64,000 nucleotides of DNA from Eledone cirrhosa (taxonomy: Eukaryota). A program made the position numbers and the translations under genes. The DNA lies in the NCBI GenBank assembly GCA_964016885.1, contig OZ024743.1:29450001-29514000 (forward strand), written 5' to 3'. This document shows, one piece after another, positions 38,222 to 54,589 of this stretch. Each line of letters begins with the position of its first letter. Within the stretch, counting starts at the first letter, position 1. Below the pieces are notes generated by a model. That model saw only the letters and a list, made by a program, of their open reading frames with translations. It was not told where the DNA came from and did no database searches.

Positions 38222-40255
38222 TAGAGTGTGCCATAAAAAGCAAGGTCACAATATTAACGCTCCCTGTGTATTTTCCCATTATAAATGCCACAATAGGTAA
38301 AATAAAACATATCTTGTATAAAATAAATTATTTTGAGTTTTGCCTATATCGTGGTGATTATAGTGGAAAGTGTGATTATGTTGCTTGAAATCAGCAAAAT
38401 GTGAAACCAAATATGAACATACAATAATTGTTTATTCCATTAATCATATTCCATATTTAGTAAACCAGCTTTGAATATAAAGGCGTACAAGGAAGAAACA
38501 AGTTCAGTTAAGTTGACTCCAGTCATATTTTTTTCAGGTTCTTTTTTGAAATCCGGGACCTTGCGACGATAAGCTTCGACTACTTGAAGAACACACTGCT
38601 TCTCCTCCCCATTCTTGGTGATGGCAACAAAATCAGTTATCAACTTGACTGCTCTCTCCACCAGATCATTGACTACCTTGATATTGTGAACAACAGCACA
38701 GGGATTTTGATATGACGCTTTTGATGACCAAGTTGCAGGTGACAGCTCAAGCCAAGTATCGTCGAGACCAAGGAGATCGAACAGAAGCCATGATATCTTC
38801 CCAACTAGATGAGGCAGCTTCGTGGACGACTTCAACTCGGGGAATACTGGAGCACCACGGTCGAGAGACCCCGACGTTTTCGTTTTGACAAGACGTTGGG
38901 CTATTTGTTTCTTCTCGGATTCTTGGATCCGACTTGAAAACAGCGCTAGCGGAATGGCTTCCTCCATCAGGTACCAAAGATGCCTGCTCAGACCTGTAAT
39001 GGCTGCTTGCGAGAGATCGCTGTCACCCTTACTGTACTATGTCAACTCCCCGTAGAATTGAAGGTCATTCGATGGTGCATCAGCACACTTGACTGCTGTC
39101 AGTCAGTATCGCACGTAGAGCAGAGCATTGAACATACAAATCCGGCGCAACTTTTCCCCTTTAGCTTGAGTCGCTCACCAAATGCATACATCTTTGCACT
39201 ATAGATGATTTTGGACATCCACCGAGTGTTATGATGTGCACCAGGCAACATCCAATGAATTCCCCGAGGAGGGGTGACACCAAGCAAGATCAACATCAAC
39301 TCGGCACGTTCTCAGTAGTCGTCCTGTGGAAGAGAACTCATTTTATCATCGTCGGATGTCAGCAAATCTTGGGGAAACTTGATGTTCTCAGAACACAGAC
39401 GCTTGCGTCTCCGGAGACAATGTTCAATGTTTTAAAGTTGGTCTTGTCCGTGAGTGACACCCAATCTTTTTTGAACTCCTTGAACTCTGGGTTGTCTGTA
39501 CTGGACATTGCTCCGAATAGTTGTTGCCACACTGCATATAAGATACGCAAAATGAAACACCTTTTTGTTGAGCATCTCTTCTAGTTTCACTCAGGCACTA
39601 TTTTTCCATCCAGAATTCGAAGCAGTTGTGTCGAAGGCTAAGTCCACCACAGACTCATCAACATTCCAATCTTTAACAAGATAAAGTGATGCTTTAGCTT
39701 GGGTGGTTCCAGTGTCATCAGGAATTATGTGAACACCGAGGAGTTTACCTTCTCTGAAGTCCGGAGTTCCAGCAACTAGCACACCTAGCCTCTCGTGGTC
39801 ACCGGGATTTATTTTGCCTTCCCAATGCAAGGTAACAAATTCTGGTACAGCAAATTGTTCCTTTATGTGTTCATCCCCCACAGTTCTGATCTTCTTAGCT
39901 GTCCGTCTGCTACTATTCTTGGAGAGAGGTGTGGCGTCTATGTCAGTCCTACCCTCATAAATAATCGATGCCATAAATGCTGTTCTCTAGCCCAGTGTCA
40001 TCTTTAAATGATCAGCCATTAGAGACATTTTTAGACTTTGACATGGATTCTTTGGGAGCTCCAGCTTGATTTTTAGTTTCTTGTCTGACTTTGAGCTGTC
40101 TCTGGGTGGGTTTGAGGCTTGGAATTCAGGATCCTGTTCATCTTCAGTTTCAACATTGGTTGAACTTGAATCACTCAGTTCATTACGTGGAAGTTGTGCT
40201 GCTACAGATCCTGACAAACGGGTGGACCAGAGCCATACGGATCCCCGAAAACCAC
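38222..40255 (-). mobile_element. hAT-superfamily (hATm-like) DNA transposon, disrupted transposase, one terminus
   Basis: LHWEGK, GKLLGV, FDTTASNSGW, PGAHHNTRWMSK, HLWYL.EEAIPLALF, VVNDLVERAVKLI across minus ORFs 39591-39974, 39099-39299, 38440-38967; terminus TAGAGTGTGCC at 38222 next to (TA)n; subfamily assignment from memory. Confidence 0.65.
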
Positions 40256-41330
40256 GTTGAACTAAAGAAAATGATTGCACATGCGGTGGGGGCCAGCATA
40301 AAATTAACCCTTAATGAACATATGTTCAAATTTAATGGAATAACATATGCCCAAGAGGAGGGAGCAGCCATTGGTGTTAACATTGCAGGCGACATAGCTA
40401 ACCTATTCATGGTATGGTCGGACAGTAGACTTAAATTTAAACTTAAAGAACAATTGGAAGACCCCTTAACCCTGATAATGTACTCCCGCTACGTTGATGA
40501 TATAAACATCGTAGTTAAAACACCCCCACTAGAGAACAGTCAGGAATTAGAGAAAAACACAATGGAAAACATCCAGCAAATAGCCAACTCCATCCACCAG
40601 AGTATTAGAGTTACTATAGACTACCCAAACAAACACCCCAACCATCGATTACCTGTACTAGACACAGCGCTCTGGTTAGATACCATTAATAACAAAAAAC
40701 AAATCCTCCATTCCCATTATGCCAAACCCATGACTTCCAAATATCTGATCCACCGAAACTCAGCTGTTTCGGACCATACCAAAATCAACATACTGATTGC
40801 GGATTTGGTACGGGTGATGAGAAACGTGTCCCACATGTGAAACCCCGAAGAACTAGAGAGACACATACAACACTTCATCCACTGTATGCAGTTCTCTGGT
40901 TACAATCAGAGAGATAAAATCAGAGTATATAGAGGAGCCAGAACCAAATGGGAAAAAATGGTAAATAATGACACAAATGGGACCTGCCCCTTGTATAGGA
41001 GCAAATTTTGGAATAGAATAGAAAGAACTAGGAATAAGACTAATAGAATAAACTCCTGGTATGATAGAAATAAATACCAGAGTGTAATGTTCATCGATAC
41101 AACCCTAGAGGTGAATTAGCTTTCAAATTTAGAAGGGCCCTAAATAAACATAAACTCAATATTAAGATAGTAGAAAGACCATGTACCTCCATAAAAAACA
41201 CTTATTAGCAATACATACCCTTTTCAAAGACCTCCCTGTATAGATAAGTAATGTATAATCTGTAAATTAAGCTCCCATATTAACTGTAAAACTAGAAATG
41301 TAGTATATAGCATAAGATGTACTGAAGGAC
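40256..41330 (+). mobile_element. Penelope-like element RT + start of GIY-YIG region, 5'-truncated, disrupted
   Basis: FKFNGITYAQEEGAAIG..IANLFM, YSRYVDDI, LPVLDT, HYAKP, MQFSGY, IKIVERP, CIIC...NCKTRNVVYSIRC. Confidence 0.88.
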
Positions 41331-41797
41331 ACCTTATATCTGTATTAATACTACTACACCAAACCACCAGGCCTGTCCATTGTTCAACTGGTCAAATATA
41401 AATTAAATTAGGCACTCCCAAATATTCTTATTTAGATAAAAGAAGCCATATACTCATTGTATTCTCATTAAAAACCTTCTATACACATGCTTACCAGCAA
41501 ATTGAATTGCCAGCAAATTGAATTGCCATCTGTCATATACTTTCCCCTCCCCTCTTCCTTTCTTATAACTAATATAAATACTTTGAGTTTTCTGATTTTT
41601 TCCAATTTATCCAATATCTCTGAAGAAGTGACAATTGATTATACATTTGCTATCGATAACGTGCTAATATTATATGATTAAGCAAGCAGCGATACATATG
41701 TATTCCATCTGTTACAGAAACATGTCAATACCTAATAAATTCCTTTATAAAAGCACTTTCCTTTTATATTCATCTTTTCTATATATATATATATATA

Positions 41798-42824
41798 TAA
41801 GTATGTACACGTACATATATATATGTATACAGACTTACAGTAGTATGTATATATATATATATATACATACATGCACACATATATATATGTACGTATGGAT
41901 TCACCGAATATTTATTATAATGCTCGATGTGTTTGTAAAAAACATCCCGTATTAAGCCGTAGTGTCTAGCAACCATCGTTGCTCGTTTGTTCAACACTGC
42001 CAAAGGAACGCTGAACTAGTTTCAAGCTTATTAGCTATCGTCAGCAACGTATACCTTCCTGCCAGATTGTTGAATGTATATACTTACCTTATGCATATTA
42101 ACGGCTGAGTAGTCCAATTTGCATATCGAGTGGGTTAATCGGCCGGGAGCTCCGAAAACGATAAACGGAAAAAATGAAACGAAATTTCATTTCCCACTCT
42201 TAGTACGGCTGTTACTTAAATATAAGTATGTACACGTACATACATATATGTATACAGACGTACAGTAGTATGTATATATATATATACATACATGCACACA
42301 TATATATATATGTACATATGGATTCACCGAACATTTATTATAATGCTCGGTGTGTTTGTAAACAAACATACCGTATTAAGCCGTAGTGTCTAGCAACCAT
42401 CGTTGCTCGTTTGTTCAACACTGACAAAGGAACGCTGTACTAGCTATCGTCAGCAACGTATACTTTCCCGCCAGATTGTTGAACGTATATACTTGCCTTA
42501 TGCATATTAATGGGTGATTGGCCCAATTTGCATATCAATGGTGTTAATCGGCCGGGTGCACCGAAAACGATAAACGGAAAAAATGAAACGAAATTATGGT
42601 TGCTAGACACTACGGCTTAAGACGGGATGTTTGTTTACAAACACACCGAGCATTATAATAAATGTTCGGTGAATCCATACGTACATATATATATGTGTGC
42701 ATGTATGCATATATATATACATACTACTGTACGTCTGTATACATATATGTATGTACGTGTACATACTTATATTTAAGTAACAGCCGTACTAAGAGTGGAA
42801 AATGAAATTTCGTTTGATTTTTCC
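41798..42824. repeat. ~420-bp hammerhead-containing repeat (family 2), locus A: ~1.9 units then inverted partial unit from 42596
   Basis: Unit repeats at 41801/42226; 42596-42824 is the reverse complement of the unit; TA tracts on both sides. Confidence 0.9.
42008..42050 (-). ncRNA. Minimal type-I hammerhead ribozyme, family 2
   Basis: ACGUUG-CUGACGA-U AGCU AAUA AGCU U-GAAA-CUAG-UU-CAGCGU. Confidence 0.82.
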
Positions 42825-42852
42825 ATATATATATATATATATATATATGTGG

Positions 42853-42926
<74 letters not shown>

Positions 42927-43250
42927 GAGGCTAATCAGCCAATGTACATTGGTGTCAAGACTATATGTTTATATTGTGTTCCAGCAGAGAGTCCGACGAT
43001 AGTAAGAAACGATGATGTCGTCATCTTCAGTTACCTAACCTTTGTTTCTGCCCGAATGCGGTAGATAGCGCTATGGGAAGCCACACATGGTAGATCAAGA
43101 GGGCAGCCCCATGCTACGTTACTTGAGCAGGATTATAAAGACATGAATCTTCCATAGAATGAACTCACAGATGCCGAGCTGGATAGGGACAAGTGTAGTA
43201 GTATATCTATCAAAGGTTTCCGAGGAATCTCGACGTAATGAAGATGAAAT

Positions 43251-43364
<114 letters not shown>

Positions 43365-43834
43365 GTGTGTGTGTGTGTGTGTGTGTGTTCATGTGTGTGT
43401 GTAAACATTTATGCGTACATACTGGATTTGTAGTCATGCCAGTTGTGTATGATTCCCTTAATTCCTTAAATCTGAGATGTTTGTTTGTTTACTCGCATAT
43501 TACTAAAACCGTCATCCTGTAGAAGGGTTAAAAATGAAGACTATGACATTAAGATAATGCTCAATGTTATTCCTTTCTACGTATATATCAATATAAATAT
43601 ATTTCATACAGAGTAGAAACTCATCTACTTTAGAAATCAAATTATCTTCGTCCTTAACATGATGTGACAGTCAGACATCTCATTATAGACAAGAGGTAGT
43701 TGTGAACAGTATCATTAACGGAGCAATGGAAGCAAATGGGTTTTAACATAAATTTTATAAACTTATATTGATCTATAACTATTAATATTTACATAGATAT
43801 ATATTTACACACACACACGCACACACATACACAC

Positions 43835-43872
<38 letters not shown>

Positions 43873-43873
<1 letters not shown>

Positions 43874-44804
43874 TAGTAGCAGTACCCAGCGTTGCCTGGG
43901 TGGGTAAAATAATATCTGCTTTGATGAAAAGGTGTTGATCTTAGCGACTGTTTCTCGATGACTCATCTATGGCCACACAGGCCATACGGAGGAGGTTGGT
44001 GATGACCTCTATCACTGAGAAACGCGGGGGACTGACGAAGGGGCAGGGAGGTAATGACCTCTTACACTAATTTCCTCACGATGAATTCTCAAATACAGTA
44101 CTAAAAGCTCAGACAACGTCAGTGGCCATCGTTTATCCTTTGACCATCTATAAGATGTGCAATGATAGGTTCTATCGTAGTATAAAAGTTGAACCAAATA
44201 AATTGATTTATGTGGGAGCTAGAGCCGAAAGTGTGGAAATTTGAGTGAAAAGGTGGTATTTTCGAATATACAAACGGCTGCCACGCCGTTCCTGAACAAA
44301 AAATCCAAAATATAAAGGCACTTTAAGACGTGGAATAATCAGATCTAGCGTAATGTGAAATTTGAACAAAGTAGGTTGATTAATGTGGGAGCTAGAGCCG
44401 AAAAAGTAGAAATTTGAGTATAAAACTGGTATTTTTGAATATTTAAGCGGCTGCCACGCCGTCCCTGAACAACAAATAGAAAATATAAAGCAAATACAGG
44501 ATGTGCAATGATCAATTCTATTTTGCTTTAAAATTTGAACGAAATCGGTGGCAAAATGTGGGAGCTAGAGCCAAAAGTCTTATTTTTCGTTACCTAAAGA
44601 AAGGTGATCCCTCTATCGATTTTTATCTGCAGATTGACCCTGGAATAAAAAAAAAACGATACGCTGATATATAGAAAACACTCCCCGATGACTAATCTAT
44701 GAGCCTGTAAAGTTTCATGAAAATCGGTCGTAAGATGTAGGCCCCTATAGGTAATACACATACACCCCGTCCCCCACACACACATCTTTATTTCATATCT
44801 ATAC

Positions 44805-44807
<3 letters not shown>
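43873..44807 (-). mobile_element. Non-autonomous Helitron (Lep1-like) with internal 173-bp tandem repeats
   Basis: 5' TC at 44807-44806, 3' CTAG at 43876-43873, subterminal hairpin ACCCAG GCAACG CTGGGT (43884-43901), inserted at A|T in (TA)n; TGTGGGAGCTAGAGCC at 44211, 44384, 44557. Confidence 0.8.
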
Positions 44808-44846
<39 letters not shown>

Positions 44847-45505
44847 GGAAAATTGAATTAGAAGGTTTCACCGTTTATTGACTACAGAACATACTTTAAT
44901 ATTAGGGCATATGAACGTATGTATATATATATATATATGTGTGTGTGCATATGAACCTATATATTTGTATGTACATGAATGAACTCATACACGCAGACAT
45001 ATAATAATAAAGACAATTGTAATGGAGAAGCAGATGTTTGATAATTACAGGGATGAACTTAAAATCATCGTATTCAATTTTTTAATTATTTGGCTTTGAT
45101 ATTATCACAGATGAGGTTTTGAAGCCATGAATGCTGGAAGTGAACATTTCACCAATTTTGCATAACAATACCCCATTAGGCTACCAATGTTGTGAACAGT
45201 CACATAGAAAATAATCAGTATAAATCACCTAACAAAATTTGTCCCGATAAGCGTCTGTACAGTACCTTTACGTCAGCTAATGAAAAATCAAATAACTCCC
45301 ACTACACACAGCGCAGATAAGATACAAAATTCAGCAGACTATCTGCCAACATATTGCCAACATATAACATTCGAACTTTGATTTTGACTCTTGATGAAGA
45401 AAAGTGATATGGAAAATGCCAACACATATATGAGGTTTTTTTTTAACACCCTCGATACAGTAAATAGCAACTAGATCAGTGGTTATAGCGCTCCCACAAG
45501 ACAAA

Positions 45506-45549
<44 letters not shown>

Positions 45550-46231
45550 GGAAAAAATGAAACGAAATTTCATTTCCCACTCTTAGTACGGCTGTTACTT
45601 AAATATAAGTATGTACACGTACATACATATATGTATACAGACGTACAGTAGTATGTATATATATATACATACATGCACACATATATATATGTACGTATGG
45701 ATTCACCGAACATTTATTATAATGCTCCGTGTATTTGTAAACAAACATCCCTTATTAAGCCGTAGTGTCCAGCAACCATCGTTGCTCGTTTGTTCAACAC
45801 TGACAAAGGAACGCTGTACTAGTTTCAAGTTTATAACCTATCGTCAACAACGTATACCTTCCTGTCAGATTGTTGAACGTATATACTTACCTTATGCATA
45901 TTAACGGCTGAGTAGTCCAATGTGCATATCGAGTGGGTTAATCGCTGGGTGCACCGAAAACGATAAACGGAAAAAATGAAACGAAATTTCATTTCCCACT
46001 CTTAGTACGGCTGTTACTTAAATATAGGTATATACACGTACATACATATATGTATACAGACGTACAGTAGTATATATATATATATACATACATGCACACA
46101 CATATATATATGTACGTATGGATTCACCGAACATTTATTATAATGCTCGGTGTGTTTGTAAACAAACATCCCGTATTAAGCCGTAGTGTACAGCAACGAT
46201 TGTTGCTCGTTTGTTCAACACTGACAAAGGA

Positions 46232-46274
46232 ACGCTGTACTAGTTTCAAGTTTATTAGCTATCGTCAGCAACGT
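46232..46274 (-). ncRNA. Hammerhead ribozyme family 2 (core intact, one stem II mismatch)
   Basis: ACGUUG-CUGACGA-UAGCU AAUA AACUU-GAAA-CUAG-UA-CAGCGU. Confidence 0.7.
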
Positions 46275-46682
46275 ATACTTTCCTGTCAGATTGTTGAACG
46301 TATATACGTACCTTATGCATATTAACGGCTGAGTAGCCCAATTTGCATATCGAGTGGATTAATCGGCCGGATGCTCCGAAAGCGATAAACGGAAAAAATG
46401 AACGAAATCTCATTTCCCTGGATACTACGGCTTACTACGGGATGTTTGTTTACAAACACACCGAGCATTATAATAAATGTTCGGTGAATCCATACGTACA
46501 CATATATATGTGTGCATGTATGTATATATATATACATACTACTGTACGTCTGTATACATATATGTATGTACGTGTACATACTTATATTTAAGTAACAGCC
46601 GTACTAAGAGTGGGAAATGAAATTTCGTTTCATTTTTTCCGTTTATCGTTTTCGGTGCACCCGGCCGATTAACCCACTCGAT

Positions 46683-46690
46683 ATGCAAAT
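46683..46690 (+). promoter_or_regulatory. Octamer ATGCAAAT upstream of the family 2 HHR
   Basis: Exact motif ~67 nt upstream of the HHR, at the position homologous to family 1. Confidence 0.45.
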
Positions 46691-46756
46691 TGGGCTACTC
46701 AGCCGTTAATATGCATAAGGTAAGTATATACGTTCAACAATCTGAGAGGAAGGTAT

Positions 46757-46799
46757 ACGTTGCTGACGATAGCTAATAAGCTTGAAACTAGTACAGCGT
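46757..46799 (+). ncRNA. Minimal type-I hammerhead ribozyme, family 2
   Basis: ACGTTG CTGACGA T AGCT AATA AGCT T GAAA CTAG TA CAGCGT; GUA triplet, predicted cleavage after 46793. Confidence 0.85.
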
Positions 46800-47189
46800 T
46801 CCTTTGTCAGTGTTGAACAAACGAGCAACGATGGTTGCTGGACACTACGTCTTAATACGGGATGTTTTTTTACAAACACACCGAGCATTATAATAAATGT
46901 TCGGTGAGTCCATACGTACATATATATATGTGTGCATGTATGTATATATTTATACATAATACTGTACGTCTGTATACATATATGTATGTACGTGTACATA
47001 CTTATATATATATATATATATAAAATTGGAATTGGTGCTCTGAAATAGCGACATATATATGAACGCATATATAGTGTATTTTGCAATACACTGTATGCTT
47101 AATTAAAAGCATTTCGAAGACCTTACGTTATTGTTTTAGAGTAGTGACAGTCTCACTTACTTTACATTTTCAACAATCAGGGGAGATAA

Positions 47190-47234
47190 AGCTAACAGAG
47201 CTCTGTTTCGTACTTTTTGGTACCTATCAAAGCT
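47190..47234 (-). ncRNA. Variant-core hammerhead motif, family 3 (second copy 47512-47556, GUC triplet)
   Basis: AGCU-UUGAUAG-GUAC CAAAAA GUAC-GAAA-CAGAGCUCUG-UU-AGCU. Confidence 0.6.
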
Positions 47235-47618
47235 AAGTTTACTCCACCTGTTTGCTGAAAATGATGAATGTTGGATTCTTATAGACTTCTAGTAATAATC
47301 AGGAACCGATTATACAGAGCGTTGCCGGTCCAGCAGAAATTGAAAATTGGAATTGGTGCTCTGAAATAGCTATATTTATATGAACGTATATATATATAGT
47401 GTATTTTGCACTACACTGTATGCTTAGTTAAAAGCATTTCAAAGACCTTACGCTATTGTTTTAGAGTGACAGTCTCACTTACTTTAAATTTTCAGCAAAC
47501 AGGGGAGATAAGGCTGACAGAGCTCTGTTTCGTACTTTGTGGTACCTATCAAAGCTAAGTACTCCACCTGTTTGCTGAAAATCATTAATGTTTGATTCTA
47601 GTAATTCTAGTAATTGTT

Positions 47619-47665
47619 AGATTTGATAAGTACCAAAAAGTACGAAACAGAGCTCTCTGTTATCT
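47619..47665 (+). ncRNA. Hammerhead with U3-A8 covariant core, family 3
   Basis: AGAU-UUGAUAA-GUAC CAAAAA GUAC-GAAA-CAGAG CU CUCUG-UU-AUCU. Confidence 0.68.
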
Positions 47666-47787
47666 CCCCTGTTTGCTGAAAATTTAAAGTAAATGAGACT
47701 GTCACTACTCTAAAACAATAGCGTAAGGTCTTCGGAATGCTTTTAATTAAGCATACAGTGTATTGCAAAATACACTATATATATACA

Positions 47788-51031
<3,244 letters not shown>

Positions 51032-51290
51032 GATTTTGATTGCCAGACCGGGCGAAGCATTATGTCCTTGAGTAAGACACCTTATTTCACGTTGTTCCTT
51101 CTGCTGGAGTTGCGACCGAGAGATAATATTAGCAATTGGAGAGACCAATGGAAACATAGTTTTCTTGGTCCGATTTGACGAGCTCCACCCTAATCGTAAA
51201 CCGAATGAGTTCTGTGATCTTGTCGATCGACTGTCGATGTGTGTGTATGTATGCACGTGTGTGTGTGTGTGTGTGTGTATGTGTGTGTGT

Positions 51291-51343
<53 letters not shown>

Positions 51344-52758
51344 TATGTGGGTGTGTGTGTGTACTAATTTCTTTGTTTAGCACCACACTTTTAGTAACCT
51401 TTGTCTGTCATGACCTCTCTTTCTACACAGGTGTGACAATATCTTAGAAATAAATACTTCAGGTACATGTGCGTAGTGAAATGGCATGGACGGTGGAATA
51501 CCTTGATCTACGGATGTTTCTTTGTGAAATAGTAGAATGAAAAACTAATATCAGTTTTGTACTTGTCAATAAAACACACTACATTCTGAAAGAATCTCTG
51601 GCTTTCTATCAACGTGAATTTATTATTATTTTAGGATCACTGACTTTGGTTTATTTAAAACAAGACAAAAACAGGATGAAACGAGATTTTAAGATCCCTA
51701 TGCACTTTCCCCAAATAACCGTACCTAACTAAAATTAAAATATATGTGACTGCAGATTGAAATTCAATTTCGGTTTCCTAATACCTGCAAACAACTCGTA
51801 AATGAATATTTGTTTTACAAGTGACATAAATACTGTAACATTTGGAGTAATGCCAGTGAAAGGATTTTAACCAAAGATTGAAACCGCGTCACAGTTAAAG
51901 ATTATGAAATTATACAGGTTCTTTAATTCCAATCAACACAGTCGCATTATTATCCAAAAGAAGGAACTTTAATCTCATCTCTCGGTTTGCAAAAATAGCA
52001 ACTTAATTGTATTCAAATATTTCCTGGCCGTGTTAAAACAGGGACGATACATTATATAATGTAGATCTAAATACACCATACCTGAAAACAGGCGAGACGG
52101 TCAAAGGTGAAACACCTTTGATCATAGATCTGCCTAAATATGACTGATTAGGAGAGCATACTAATAATAACAAGGTAAACTAGTGTATTTGTTTAGCACA
52201 AGAACGCAAATAGGAGTCACAGAATGAGGAAAGTATATAGTGCATTGTATTTATTCTGGCACTTAATAATTTGTTTTAAAATATTACTCACCCAGAACAA
52301 ATGGAAAGACAAAACTACATGCAAGAGGAATGAGAGAATGATGACAGTACCAATACTATAGTTTAATCCTTACGCGTATTCTATGTACACATAATAAGAA
52401 TAATAAATAGGAGATTATAAATCTCAATATCGTAGTAAAGAGAATTTCCTACCTTTTCCATTTTCGGACTACACAAAGACAGTCGCACACCCTCACGCGT
52501 ATATATATAGCCATCTGCAATATTGACTTAAAGAAAGGGAATATATTTTAAGGTGATGATATTTTAAAGGATGGATTGACCAATTGTAATGACTGGTGTG
52601 TGTAATCTTTTATGTGAAGATCATCCATTCAATGCTTTACATCTGCTCTACATACTATAATACAGAAACTGTTATCAATTGCAACACTTCATATTTTTCT
52701 TCTCCATTACAATTTTCTTCTTTTTTATATATTTTTTATTGTTGTTATTGTTGTTTAG

Positions 52759-52870
52759 CTGCTAACGTCGAGGCTATAAGAAGCTGTGTTGAATGTATTA
52801 CTTATTCAGATGAATCCGGAAAGATTTTTCAGCAAAAGCTAAACGTAGAAGAATGCAACACTCTTTTCTT
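52759..52870 (+). CDS. Candidate internal exon of a small secreted Cys-rich (Ly6/uPAR-like) protein
   Basis: T-rich acceptor TTGTTTAG, open 112 nt xANVEAIRSCVECITYSDESGKIFQQKLNVEECNTLF, donor GTAAGT. Confidence 0.4.
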
Positions 52871-53065
52871 GTAAGTGCCTTTTACTTTTTGTTTTCATCC
52901 TCTTGTTACACGTTTTTTCTTTAGATTGTAAAAAATGCTTTGAGATATGGCAGTGAAACGACACGAGTATATGTACATTATATGACATGATCTGAAAGGA
53001 ATTCTAATTGTCATAATATTATAATTCTAACTTTAGCGTACAGTTATTTCATAAATAATTGTTTC

Positions 53066-53237
53066 TACTTTTGGCACAAGGCCAGCAATTATCTCAGTAC
53101 ATTACTGGTGCTTTATTTTATCGACCCCGTAAGGATGAAAGGCAAAGTTAACCACGGCTGGATTTGACATCAGACCATAAAGAGCCGTAAAATTTTGCTA
53201 TAAAGCATGGCCTCCGACCCACTACTGATACTGCCAA
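53066..53237 (-). mobile_element. tRNA-derived SINE (same family as 4120); partial copies also at 53943-54052 and 55580-55690
   Basis: TTTATTTTATCGACCCCGTAAGGATGAAAGGCAAAGTTAAC. Confidence 0.82.
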
Positions 53238-54589
53238 TATGTAGTCGACTAAATTTACTTTACTTCTTTATTAGTATTTATTGTTTCACACTCTAAGTGA
53301 GACTTGAAATTTAAAATATAAATACTGCATTGATCGATTCCAGTTTTGTACCCCACACGGCTAGTCTAAATTATTTCCATCCTGTTCTTACATTGGAGCA
53401 GTTTTGAAAGAATCTCTTTGTAAGCCATTGGGAGTTGCATGCCCATACGGGTTGGGTCCCACATGTTATTTCGAGCCACAGGCCCATACTTATTTGTCGA
53501 TAATGTACAACGAAAGTGAGTGAGTTAGGGGTTATCATCACTCCGAATGTCATTAATTTATTACTCTTATATTTCACCTCACCATATACTGCGTCATAGA
53601 TTCCGGGCAGGTGCGACCCACACACTCCATTTGTCGCTTCACCTCGTTCTCAGTTAAAAACAAACAAAAACAAATAGAATCAGGTATACAATCCATGCTC
53701 CCTGCTATAGATGATAGAACACAACCTGCCACAGATCAAATAGTGCTTCAACTAATGTTTGCAATGTGGACAAATGGACGCTCGTTCGGTTTTGGGGGAA
53801 AACATTTGTTCTCTTCTAATATGTTTCTTGTGGTATACCGAGGACAAACAGGAAATATTGTATGATACATACCCAGCGGTCATTTCTTTTCCGGCAGCTG
53901 ACAATATCGTGCAATTAATTTTTTATTAATAATTATTTCTAATGTTGGCACAAGGCCAGCAAATTAACTTCAGCGGGATTTGAACTCAGAATGGCAAAGG
54001 CCGTGACTCTATGCGTCAAAGCATGGCGTCCGACCCTCTACTGATACTGCCTAATGTTAACAAAACTGCTGTCTTTGTGTTTAACGTCATATGTAATGTA
54101 GTTATTTATTGTTCTATTTGTTAAATTGTAAATATTTGCTGTACCTGCTGGTTCAATCAACGATGCACATCTTTCCTCTCCGCACAACGGATGTTGCCCA
54201 AGTGAAAGACAATAATTGATAGAGTTTAGCATCGGTGTCATCGTAGGTGAACTGAGAAGGAAACTGTGCGAAAAATATAAATCGCATTAACAATTCTGTC
54301 AAACGACCATGCTGGACTGGAACCGGACTGTTGAGGAGAAAGTTAACTTCGGCGGGAGTAATTCGTCTTATACTAATACGCGAACACGCACACCACCACC
54401 ACTGCTACTACTACTACTAGTAGTTTCATTTATTGGACACAAGGGCCGAAATATAGGGGGCAATACAATAGACGGGGAGAGTGGGACTTTACATATATAA
54501 CGTATAAATAACAATAACAAAATAACAAAAAAATACAACAATGAAAAATTTCCCAATAGAAGGGATAACCACCCACGGTTGACTCAGGT

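Larger units (their letters stand above)
45546..47006. repeat. ~420-bp hammerhead-containing repeat (family 2), locus B: ~2.1 units then ~1.4 inverted units from ~46418
   Basis: AAACGGAAAAAATGAA at 45546, 45965, 46387; reverse complement from 46418; TA tracts on both sides. Confidence 0.92.

Noticed and set aside
45425-45470. ATGAGG...CCTCGATACAGTA as a decayed hammerhead near a TA tract
   Set aside because: Too many core mismatches to support.
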